A stretch of 64,000 nt of DNA from Albugo candida (lineage: Eukaryota). The stretch spans positions 62,001-126,000 of the forward strand of contig JBDOQK010000044.1 in the NCBI GenBank assembly GCA_040437565.1, in the 5' to 3' direction. The translations under genes and the position numbers were made by a program. Each line of letters begins with the position of its first letter. Within the stretch, counting starts at the first letter, position 1. Under the pieces are notes generated by a model. It searched no databases. It was given only the letters and a program-made list of their open reading frames with translations, and was not told where the DNA came from. Below are positions 41,507 to 52,300 of this stretch, piece after piece.

Positions 41507-44065
41507 ATGTCGGACTCTCCGGTATCGGAGCGGGAAGACACTCGCACGTTGAAGACGATCCTATCCAACAAAGATCAAGTACGCACTATTAACGAGCAAA
41601 ACGTACTTCACATATCGGGTCATGAAGTAGTGTCACGATCAGACACAATCTCCGAGTCTGAAGACCGAACTTTGCAGAAATCGATACACGACGCAAGACG
41701 ACAATGGAGAGAACTCGAGGAAGAATTGAACGCGGTACGACATCACAATACCGAGTTGTTAAAGACGCTAGACCACCAGCAAAGTGCGTCGGACGTCTTA
41801 AATTCGACGAACTGCTCACTTCGAGCTGATTTGGAGATGCTACAATCACAACAAACTTTCTTAAAGCACAACGAAAACGAGTTAGCAACCAGTGCGCAGG
41901 AGAATAAATTACTACAGGTGAAAATAGAGTCAGTCGAAATGGAAAAAGAGCAATTGCGAAGAATTTTCTCCGACAAGTTTCTCGCCTTCCAAGTGGAATT
42001 AGAGACACTTCAAGACCAGCTGTGTGCTCGCAAAGAAAAGCAGTACCAATACCTCGAAAGAACGCGTCAATTGGAGGATCAATTACGTGAAAAAGAATTG
42101 AATGTTGCACGAATGTCGCAAACACTTGAAGATATTCAGATCAAATCAACGGAAATGGAAGCGCAATGGCGAGGCGAATTGCAAGCGAAGCGAAATTTAT
42201 TGCAAGTGAACGACCAGGTATCTTCAGAGTGCTCCAAACTGGTACGGGACAAGCAAGAATTGCAGCTCCGAATGGATAGAAATGAGCAGGAAAAAAGTCG
42301 ATTGGAGGCGGACTTCCGTCAGGCTTCTGAACAGCTCCGGGAAATGGCCGATAAGGTTTTCCAATTGCTCGAACGACTCAAATCCTCTGAAGTCACAAAG
42401 AATCGAGCTACGGATGCGTACAAACATCAACAAGTCCAATTTACGGCGTCAGAGAAACGAATTCTCGGGCTGCAAAAAGAAATCGTGAAGATGGATCAGA
42501 CTCGAAGTAAGATCGAGTCAGAAAAACAAGTGGTGAGCGAGCAACATGCAGAAATGAAAAGGCTGTTGACGCAAATGAGTGTCCGATGCACTGAACAAGA
42601 AAAGGCAAAGCTTCGGGTTCTAGAAGAGAGGAATAATTATGAGGAGAAAACAAGTTTCTTAACTGGGCGAGTAGCTCATCTTCTTCGTAAATTACAAAGC
42701 GAAGAAGAAGCTCGACAATTGCTGAAGGAAGACGTTAAGAAATTAACACTCGAGTTGGCCTCGTATCAGAAACGACACTGTGAAGTGACTCAGAACCTGC
42801 ATACAATGTCTAGAAATGCACAACTCATGACACAGGCTTTACGGCAATGTGAAGACGAGCGAAATGACTTTAAAGCTCGTCTGGATGCTGCGGTCAAAAA
42901 TGTTGAAGAGGAAGGTCCTCGATCAGCGAGACGGCTGGATGGGGGACAATCTGACTCTATTCAGAGTCGCTTTATACTGGAAGCAGTCCCCTCATTGGGC
43001 CCAAACGGTATCACACTGAAGACTCGACGCTCCGAATCGGTTGCAAGTTTCAATGCGGCTGACGAGTTTCTGAATCGGAATGGGATTCAGTCGTTCTTTT
43101 CAAGTGCCATAAAGCATTCCAAGCCGATTCAAATGCTGACGGAAAAGATTGGACAGCTTTTAACCCGACTTATGATATCCGAAGAAAAAATTCTCGAGTC
43201 AAAAAAGCTTTTGGGTGCAAAGTCAGAGGAGTTGAAGGATGCGATATATAAAGCTACTACGTGGAAAAGCAAGTTCGATATGGAGGTAGACGTAAAGCGT
43301 CGACTTTTACTGCGGTATGTGCATCAATTCAGATGCCAGCATGAAGCATCGGGACCAGGAGGCGGCATCTTACGCCTAACAAAGAGCGGAATTGGGGATG
43401 AAGAGGTGCATGCGATCGCGTCATTGCTTCACAGTCAGAATGGGATCAAAGAATTGCATCTCGATTCCAATTGTATCACAAATGAAGGCGCTCGAGCAAT
43501 TGCCGCGATATTGAGTTACTCGCATTGTCAATTGCGTCATATTGATTTGCGACGAAACCAAATTGAAAAAAAAGGACTACAACTCATTGCCGACGCATTA
43601 GAACGTCATTCCGCTCATCTTTGTGTACATTCTGGGAGGCTGGATGCGTTCGTGGACAAAGAGGCCACGCAATTACGTTGTGTCGTTGATATTAGCGATA
43701 ATACGTCGCCCATCCCGTTGCATGATGACTGCAAGATGTCACCCATCCCGGATCGGGAATGCAACGTTAAGGCTCGAGTCGAAAGCGCGCAACATGGAAG
43801 AAGTAGATCACGCGTTTCGAGGGGGGTTGATGCGTCCGATTGTCTGAATGCACTCGATACGCATGTAGAATTGTCTCCTAGTCGTGCAAATGCGGGATGC
43901 AAATCGGTTTTAGTGGAGAAAGGCAGTACTAAAGAAATGCGATGCAAATGGAACGGAGCTGAGAGGAAATTGCCTCCGTTACTGCTCGCGGAGTCGACGA
44001 CTTTGCCTTTAGCAATCGAGGATGGGAGAGAAGACGTGGAGCAAGAGCCAGCGAAGAGTCAGTAG
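41507..44065 (+). CDS. Long coiled-coil protein with C-terminal RNI-like leucine-rich repeats
   Basis: About 450 aa of heptad-rich sequence, then LRRs (LRLTKSGIGDEEVHAIA, LHLDSNCITNEGARAIA, IDLRRNQIEKKGLQLIA). Confidence 0.85.
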   Translation: MSDSPVSEREDTRTLKTILSNKDQVRTINEQNVLHISGHEVVSRSDTISESEDRTLQKSIHDARRQWRELEEELNAVRHHNTELLKTLDHQQSASDVLNSTNCSLRADLEMLQSQQTFLKHNENELATSAQENKLLQVKIESVEMEKEQLRRIFSDKFLAFQVELETLQDQLCARKEKQYQYLERTRQLEDQLREKELNVARMSQTLEDIQIKSTEMEAQWRGELQAKRNLLQVNDQVSSECSKLVRDKQELQLRMDRNEQEKSRLEADFRQASEQLREMADKVFQLLERLKSSEVTKNRATDAYKHQQVQFTASEKRILGLQKEIVKMDQTRSKIESEKQVVSEQHAEMKRLLTQMSVRCTEQEKAKLRVLEERNNYEEKTSFLTGRVAHLLRKLQSEEEARQLLKEDVKKLTLELASYQKRHCEVTQNLHTMSRNAQLMTQALRQCEDERNDFKARLDAAVKNVEEEGPRSARRLDGGQSDSIQSRFILEAVPSLGPNGITLKTRRSESVASFNAADEFLNRNGIQSFFSSAIKHSKPIQMLTEKIGQLLTRLMISEEKILESKKLLGAKSEELKDAIYKATTWKSKFDMEVDVKRRLLLRYVHQFRCQHEASGPGGGILRLTKSGIGDEEVHAIASLLHSQNGIKELHLDSNCITNEGARAIAAILSYSHCQLRHIDLRRNQIEKKGLQLIADALERHSAHLCVHSGRLDAFVDKEATQLRCVVDISDNTSPIPLHDDCKMSPIPDRECNVKARVESAQHGRSRSRVSRGVDASDCLNALDTHVELSPSRANAGCKSVLVEKGSTKEMRCKWNGAERKLPPLLLAESTTLPLAIEDGREDVEQEPAKSQ

Positions 44066-44274
44066 ACGAACCGATACTAAATTAGCATGTGACACATAAA
44101 GTGATGAGGTCGCATCCTTATTTAAGCCCAGACGCGTGCGATTGATTAATTTTGAAACTTTTTTTACAATCAAACGCATTTAAGCCGAATTGAGAAAAGT
44201 CGTACTTTTACGGTTCCGAAACCACGCACCGGCTGACTTCTAATAACTAACGCACCAATCATATCAACGAGAAA

Positions 44275-45711
44275 ATGCTGCCGATTGAATTATACGTGCA
44301 TTCGAATGTGCGTGCGTTGATGGTCGCCAATAGCTCGATGGAAGCGACAGTAGACTCTCTTCGGAACCAGCTAGCATTGCAAGCAGTGGACTACGATTCA
44401 GTGGATTCTACTTTTTGGGGTATACAGTACTCTTGGATCGAGACACATCGCGAAAAGAGCTCTTGGATTGCATTTGGAGCTTGTACATGTGCCTGTATGC
44501 TGAGTGTCTACAACATATATCAGCATTTGGAGCATTATTCTCGTCCTCAACTACAGCGATACATCGTTCGGATCTTGGCGATTGTCCCGGTATACGCATT
44601 GGGAGCGTTACTTTCATTCCAATTCGTACGACACGCGTTATATTTCGATACAATTCGCGATTGTTATGAAGCGTTTGTTGTGTATAGTTTTTTAGTTTTG
44701 GTATTATCTTTTGCAGGTGGTGAATCCGTTTGTGTGCTCAAAATGCAAAGTGAACCGGAAATCACTCACGTGTGGCCTCTTAACCGTTATTTACATCCAA
44801 TTGCACGCGACGGACGATTATTACGCTCGTGTAAGCGTGCTACAATTCAATTTGTATTGGTCAAGCCGTTTTTTGCAGTTTTATCGTTACTTATGCTCTC
44901 CTTTGGACAGTATCACACATTGCCGTATCAATTGAGTTTATCCGTTGTGTACAATCTCTCCTACACCTTCGCGCTTTATGGTTTAGGGTTGTTCTTTCTA
45001 GCAACAAAACACATTCTCAAGCCTTTTAATCCAGTGTTGAAGTTTTTTGCGGTGAAAAGTGTCATTTTCCTCACGTTTTGGCAAAGTTCGTTGCTTGAAT
45101 TGCTTCCAAAAATGTCGCGTACGGAGCGTTTTGCATGGAAAGAATTCATCTTGTGTTTGGAAATGTTTTTTTTCGCGATTTTGCACTGGGTCGCATTCAA
45201 CGCTTCACAATTCAAAAAAGAGAATTTGGATCGGATGCCGGATTCCGAAGTACTGAAAAATATGAAAGAAGTGATCAGTTTGAGTGATCTTTTCGCGGAT
45301 GCGTATCATAATTTCATGCCATCCTATCGTGACTATATGCTCCAGCGAGCGGATGCTTCAGCCTCGCATTCACGTCAACGTCGAAAAGCAAGTTTGGTGC
45401 TATTTGGGGATGAGGATTCCAGCTGGGTAACACCTTCAAGTACAGGATCCAACTCAAGTGCTTTGGATGAAGGAGGGCTTACTATTGCTCATCCAAATCG
45501 ATTCGTTCCGAGATTTGTGATTGATGATGAAGATTCAGATACACCCGCACAAGAATCATCAGACCTTGAAGCGGTCGAATCTTTGCCAAAAGAGCAAGAA
45601 GATAGTGGAGCAAGCAATGATGTAGAGGATGATAGAAATAGGAAGGATAGTGATAGTGAGTGTCGGGAGCATATGCCAGATGAAGCACTAGACGACTCGG
45701 TGACTCGTTAG
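44275..45711 (+). CDS. TMEM184: TMEM184/OST-alpha family (organic solute transporter-like) protein
   Basis: IYQHLEHYSRPQLQRYIVRILAIVPVYA, DTIRDCYEAFVVYSF, QFVLVKP, PVLKFFAVKSVIFLTFWQ and ILCLEM, followed by an acidic tail. The start Met is uncertain. Confidence 0.92.
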   Translation: MLPIELYVHSNVRALMVANSSMEATVDSLRNQLALQAVDYDSVDSTFWGIQYSWIETHREKSSWIAFGACTCACMLSVYNIYQHLEHYSRPQLQRYIVRILAIVPVYALGALLSFQFVRHALYFDTIRDCYEAFVVYSFLVLVLSFAGGESVCVLKMQSEPEITHVWPLNRYLHPIARDGRLLRSCKRATIQFVLVKPFFAVLSLLMLSFGQYHTLPYQLSLSVVYNLSYTFALYGLGLFFLATKHILKPFNPVLKFFAVKSVIFLTFWQSSLLELLPKMSRTERFAWKEFILCLEMFFFAILHWVAFNASQFKKENLDRMPDSEVLKNMKEVISLSDLFADAYHNFMPSYRDYMLQRADASASHSRQRRKASLVLFGDEDSSWVTPSSTGSNSSALDEGGLTIAHPNRFVPRFVIDDEDSDTPAQESSDLEAVESLPKEQEDSGASNDVEDDRNRKDSDSECREHMPDEALDDSVTR

Positions 45712-45799
45712 ATTGCATTTATGACTTACAAACCATACACAGTACACAAGAATCAATTATCAACATTTATCATTTATCAGAGTACTTTTGCTGATACAT

Positions 45800-47656
45800 A
45801 TGACGCAGGTGACAGCAATCGGAGTCAAAACTGAGAACAGCGGAGACTCTCCCAAGACGGACACATATACTTCTCAGACTCAGCTTGATACTTCATATTC
45901 ATTGGATGCAAATGATGCTACCTGTTTGCGTTCGGCTGTATGCGATACCAATTCGTCGAGTGGAATGGGTGGGACCACAAATCGTAAGCGCGTTTTCGCA
46001 TTTCAGAAGCGATGGTTACACTCGTTACCAATTGCGGAAAGAACGCTCACGGAAGATGAGTATCTAACTCACTTAAGTCATGGTGGAAGTAATGTTCCAG
46101 TGAATGCGCAAGAAATGATCGAGAGTCGTCAAGTGGTTGTATGCATGTTGTGTGATGATCCGACTCTGAATCAAAGCTATTTAAAACTTTGGAGTCGATC
46201 AAATTGTCGTCGTGGACGTATTGAGACGCATTTACTGAGCAAACATCCTGAATTTATGCTTTTATTGAAGCAGAAACGTGCAGCTGAAGGAGAATTAGCG
46301 GTGCAAATATTTCTGGAGTCAATGCGTGAGGGACGTTGTAACTATCGAAATGAACTTAGTATGCGATTATATAACCACGTAGCTACTCCAACTACGCTTC
46401 CACAGGCTGGTTACACGGGTGGGTACGCTCCCGATTCAATCTTACTCGCATCAAATTGCACAAAAGATAATGGCACGGCCGGTTATACTATACCAAGAAA
46501 CGTACCTCTATCACCGGATACAGAGGGTACACTTGATGAAGATTGCGATATGAAGCGGAAACAAGCTCGTACATCACTTTCGCTACAAGAATCGATGCGA
46601 GATGTTTCCATGATTTCGGACAGCAATTCGTCATCCCAGACAGTAGGGTGGCGCAAGCACTATCAAGTGCATTTGTGACAATTTGTCTGTAGGTGGTTTT
46701 GACAGAAGGCGATCAACTATGTATGAGCATGATTGCAATTAATTTATGGATGCTTGGATGGAATGTAATATTGACATTTCGGTACGGGTAAATACTTCAA
46801 GGTTGTGACACTTTGTGCTCTTATTGCGAAAATGTAGAAACTGCGAGAACTTGAGAGAGTTCCAAGCATCCAATCAAAAAGGACCCAAAAACTTGAAGTT
46901 AAAGTCAGATTGCAGTTCGCAACTTATTACGATTCTTTGCCCTTTTGGATCAATGGAAGAGGTTTGTGCTCTTTGCGCCTAAATTGTGAATTTCTTCCAA
47001 TAGTTAGTAATAGGTCAACACTTGGGTTCAGGACATTATTCAGCGGACTTTGAGTGTCAACTGTTTTATCCACTGGAATGCATACGATTTTTCTTCTAGT
47101 GGACCCACGTTGTTTTCTGGGTAAGAATGAAAAGTACATCCATATTTGTACTAATTTGAGGCTGTAGAAACACCGCGATTGAGCTTAATTTGCTTGTCTA
47201 TGAAAAGCTTTTCAGAGGAGGACGAGGATCGATCATTCATCTCATTCCACATCCCAATAATCTGTAAGACGATCGTCTCTGTACTTTCGGGAACTAATCA
47301 AGCGTAGTTGTCAGCGTTTGCATCGGATAGCCGTTGAAGCAATCACGAAATCATTGGCTCAGGAATGGCTTCATTGTAACGTAACAGTGAATTGCATCGC
47401 GTTGGAATCACCCGACAGTTTAGCCACACTTCAAATAAATTCGAGTGCTCAAAATACTTCTGATCAAAAACCAAGACCGAATTTATACGGCTCTGATCAT
47501 TTTATCTGCAACGCAATCTCGTACATATTGAGTCAGTCCAGTGGCATCATCTCTGGAAGTGTGTTTCGATTTCATGGAGATAATTGGAAAATGGCGTTGC
47601 ATTCGGACAGTAGTGGTCAAGGTCGTGTACAGAAGCGTTGTTGTGATTCAATTTGA
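45800..47656 (+). CDS. Predicted fusion: TTF-type zinc-finger-like domain plus degenerate short-chain dehydrogenase/reductase (SDR) domain, multi-exon
   Basis: Exon with KRVFAFQKRWL...VVCMLCDD...RIETHLLSKHP. An intron at 46643-46692 leads to VVLTEGDQLCMSMIAINLWMLGWNVILTF (SDR beta1-alphaA-like). The last exon reads IAVEAITKSLAQEWLHCNVTVNCIA...ICNAISYILSQSSGIISGSVFRFHG. Internal exons and the start are approximate. Confidence 0.65.
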
Positions 47657-48016
47657 AGGATTTCATGGTATGGATCTCTGTGTACCTTCTAATAAAGGGC
47701 CGTATGTCTGAATCTTGATAGCAATTGAATGAAGGTAATGGTGTTATATTGTAAACGTTGAAAATGTGGCTCGTGAGATGTTACAGGAAACAGTATCTCA
47801 AGTGCTACTGGAATCAGCGAGTCGAATTGGCGACTTACAATTTAATTTTGTTTTGTTTACGTGCGCGCTCGAGTATCTTGTGTCTGCACACTACTGTAGT
47901 AGATGACGAATTCAGCGGTAAATACAGCCTTCTAAAACTAGGATCTGTAACCAGAGATTACACAAATATCTCAGGCGTGACGCTTTGAACTGAATACGAA
48001 CGCTTGTGTGAATGAA

Positions 48017-49317
48017 ATGACTTATGCTATGGAACATGACGTCGCACTTCCAAAGCTCAAACTTGATACGTTCATATCACACCCGAAATTCCTAGATTCT
48101 ATTGATCCTCCCAAGTACCCATTCAACTCACCTGCATGGTAAGTATAGAAATGTTTTAAATCTTTATGAAGACAAATTATGGAAGACATTCGAAAATCGC
48201 ATTTATTCTGTATAGGACACTGCAAGAGAAGCCGCGTTCCATTTTATTACTCGATGTATTCAAAAACAACGAAATGATTGGAACGGTCAGTACTTTTGAA
48301 GCTGTAATTTTCGGTTTGAAGCAATTTATGATGATAATCGTGGTCTAGTACAATGTAAACCAAAAAGCAGTGTATCTCATTGGTCGGAATACGTTGATTT
48401 GTGACATTGCACTAAATCACTGTTCCATTTCGAGGTATTATAATATAGAACTATTCTTCCACCTAAGACCCACTTCACTCCAGTATGCTATTTTCGAGTA
48501 TAGGTTACATGCGTCGATCATCCATCACCATGAAGGCTGTACCTATCTTGTGGATCTTGGATCTTGTCACGGAACGTTTGTGGATGAAGTTCCATTACAA
48601 AAGCTACAGCCGACCCTAATCGTCAATGGCTCCATTTTAAAGTAACCGTCACGATCGTACTCGATCGTACTCTCCTTTTCTCGCTAACTTATATTTCGCC
48701 TTTGTGTTAGATTCGGAGCTTCCTCGCGTTATTATTGCTACAAGGTAACGCGTTACAATTCGTGTAATTTTGCTGATGAATATTTACTTTACTGGCTGCA
48801 GACATTTGAATCAAGAGAGCAAATTGTGGAAATTGTTCGTCAGACCACGGGGCTGGAAAACGATGAAATCATTGTGCAACAGAATACTATGCTGAACCGA
48901 GCTATTTCGTATCGATTGGGAATTTCACCGGTACTACAAGGCGCCCACCTGAACGATCCCGCAAGCAGTGAACATGTTAAGCACATTCGGTCGATAGCTG
49001 CAGCCACTACAGAGCAGTACAACACGGACGTGGACCCTTTCCGTGACAAGGACCGGTCGCACGACCAGAGCAAGATGTTCGAAAAAGAAAAGGATGACAC
49101 GCAAAGAGATACCTTGATTGCATCAGATGTACCAGTTGAATTCCGAAACCCGTCGAAGATAAGTCACCTTGGAAAGTGTCAGCTTGGTACCAAGCAGAAA
49201 CGTGTGCAATTCAGTTCCGACCCACCAAATGTCATTCCACATTCTGATTCGAAATTTTCGAAACGAAAATGCACTTCAACTGGAGATCTATCATCACTTG
49301 TAATCGAAGGAGATTGA
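48017..49317 (+). CDS. PPP1R8: FHA-domain protein, NIPP1/PPP1R8-like PP1 regulator, about 6 exons
   Basis: Exons read ..FNSPAW / LLLDVFKNNEMIG / VYLIGRN..CDIALNHCSISR / LHASIIHH..YLVDLGSCHGTFV / FGASSRYY / QQNTMLNRAIS (compare NIPP1 NTAHNKRIS). A PP1-docking RVxF motif is present (KQKRVQFS). Confidence 0.8.
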
Positions 49318-52300
49318 CAGTGTCTGATCACGGCCATAGACATACGGATAGTAAAGCATGTGGCATCAGCTTTGAATGGATGGCCATTCCGACACAGCGG
49401 GTGAAATTCTGTGGATTTTACTTTGGTGAAAGGTAGCGAAGGCACATGTCGATCTTAATTCAAAGGATGACAAGGACTCGCACATTATTATATATATCAG
49501 CAATTGTATTCATTGTTATCGGCGAATTTTCAGTCTACGAGAAGGCGTGCTGTGAATGTGACGATGCAAATATCGTAGCAACATCTATTTAGAAATTAAA
49601 AAGATCAACACATTTAGTAGAGATAGAATAGATCCAGTAGAATATATGCTTTGTTCGTAAAATACTGCTCGACGATGGTTTTGTCGTATAATACTAGAAT
49701 CTTTGTTTTTTTTAGCACTTTTTTAGGCACTTGAGCTTCAATCTCCAGCATTTTACTGCAATTTCGTATCCTCGTAAGGTACAGAAAGATAAAAAAGATC
49801 GCAATCAAACCGATTTGCAATAATACTTGTTCCAGTGTTTTTTTACTCACACGACAGTCTGCATACAAAGGTGTGTCGTCGAAAGTACACCATAGTCATT
49901 CGCAATTTACGTATGATATCATTAGAGATACTGCAATTGAATTTACTCGCCATAATGACTATGAAGAGAAGGATGTTCATATCACGTCTGCTGACTTACG
50001 CTATGTAGACCTAGCAGAACAAGTCGGCAATGTTCGCCTACGTTGCTAATTGGAAGCTTTGCGTAACGTCTACACAATAAAAAGCATCTGATAAAAGTGC
50101 GAGCAAATAATCGTTGAGAGAACCATACCGCCAATAGCCGGTTGGGCTTACACAGCAAAATATTCGGTTGATGGTCTTGGACGTAAAGACGTGTTCTTAC
50201 GAACCAAACGAGCTCCAATGTGCTCAAAACGTTGCCAGTCGACAGACGATAGCATTTTTCAACTACTGACAGTTTCTTAAAAGGACCCCTGAGCAAAATT
50301 TCAGTAAGACCACAGTCCACGGCACAAGACGATCGAACCAAGATTTCATTGCAGAAGTCAAATCGGCTGTTGACGCCATGAGAAACAAAAGTGACAGCAA
50401 TGTATATATTGCTGGGAAATCTGTTTGGTAATTCGTCAACTGTAGACATTGCGGAAGAACATAAGGCAAACATTTGACATCGTTTCGATAACTTTCGATC
50501 GTAAAACTACGACTGACGCAATTTTGCAGTTTCCAACACGGAAACATTTTTCTTGACTTTATCCAGGGGTAAGTGTGCGATCTATTGAATCAGCAAAAAG
50601 AAAACGAATAGAGCTCCAGCCCAAAAGGATCCTATCGTATGTTTTTGAAACTTTCGATGAAAATCCACGCACTACGCTGATTGTCAACAGTTTGAGCAGC
50701 AATCATATCACAAACTGCGTCCACTGAGTGCATGAAAGAAAAAGATCTCACGATATAAGGATGGCACAGACTGGATACGTGTACAGCGAATCATATAAAT
50801 GTCACATCAAGCAGATACTGAGGATACACCTAGTTTATTCGCGAGCGTAACATAGCGACGCTGCAACTTTGTAAGACCTCTGGAATTCACGACCAAAACA
50901 CGACCAAAAATTATGCCGTAGAGAAAGTTTGCATCAAGTGATTGCGAAATACGGTCATCATCGAATTTTTCTCAGTATGTGTGAGAAGACCTTTGGACGC
51001 GAAGAACGGAAAATGAGACTACAAAAAAATAACTCCCAAATCACAGGAATCCTATTAGTGCGATGACGTAGAAATGAGTCACATTCTTCTGCGTCTGCTT
51101 CCATTGGGTTTTTCAATTTCTACTCAACTGTTTGTAGGCTCTTGATCCGTCATAAACACTCTCGCAGTCTTTAAATCACTACAATTCCTTTCAGCCGGAG
51201 GGAACTCGGGATACTTCATGTTATGGTAGGATTACATTCGCAGCATCATTCTTACACTTGATAAATTGGCTGAAGGTTTTTTTCAATTCGAAAGCAGTGC
51301 ACAAAAATGACTTGCGAAACGTCAGAGCCAGGTAAGGGGATTGGTGTCCATCTTCCGATTTGTCTGATGGGGAGGATGTCGTAAAATAGGATTTGATTTG
51401 AAAGGCCAATTCGAGTAAGTCTTTCTGTATAGTTCTAAGGAATGATATGGTGATTTCTAGCTGCCAAACGACTCTGATTTGAGGCTCTTTCTGTATGAAT
51501 GGTCAAATTTCCTTGTGATTGAATTCCTATCTCCANNNNNNNNNNNNNNNNNNNNNNNNNNNNNNNNNNNNNNNNNNNNNNNNNNNNNNNNNNNNNNNNN
51601 NNNNNNNNNNNNNNNNNNNNNNNNNNNNNNNNNNNATACTTCATGTTATGGTAGGATTACATTCGCAGCATCATTCTTACACTTGATAAATTGGCTGAAG
51701 GTTTTTTTCAATTCGAAAGCAGTGCACAAAAATGACTTGCGAAACGTCAGAGCCAGGTAAGGGGATTGGTGTCCATCTTCCGATTTGTCTGATGGGGAGG
51801 ATGTCGTAAAATAGGATTTGATTTGAAAGGCCAATTCGAGTAAGTCTTTCTGTATAGTTCTAAGGAATGATATGGTGATTTCTAGCTGCCAAACGACTCT
51901 GATTTGAGGCTCTTTCTGTATGAATGGTCAAATTTCCTTGTGATTGAATTCCTATCTCCACAGCACACTTGGGCACGCGCTTGCATGTGCAGCTCAAAAA
52001 AATGAGTCGCACCGTTGCCGCTGCTCTCTCCTGTTATCGTCTATTTGCACCCAACTCATTCGAAAACTGTACAAGTGCTTCTACGCAATGTTTTAAGACC
52101 CGTTCAATTCGAATATCTTACCTTTCATCTGCTTGAACTTTACGCATTGCCATTTCCTATGATATTTCCATGTATAATCTCGATGGTTTTGATGGTCTTC
52201 AGTAGACATGAGCTTGAGACATACAAAAGTAGTTAAGAAAGCTGTCGACGCTATACTTTTCTTGTGCGTTGCATTAAGACGGCTTCAGAGACCAACCTTG

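Noticed and set aside
51211-51960. 325-bp direct repeat resembling an LTR pair
   Set aside because: The copies abut the gap at 51536-51635, lack TG..CA termini and enclose no internal sequence; artefact.
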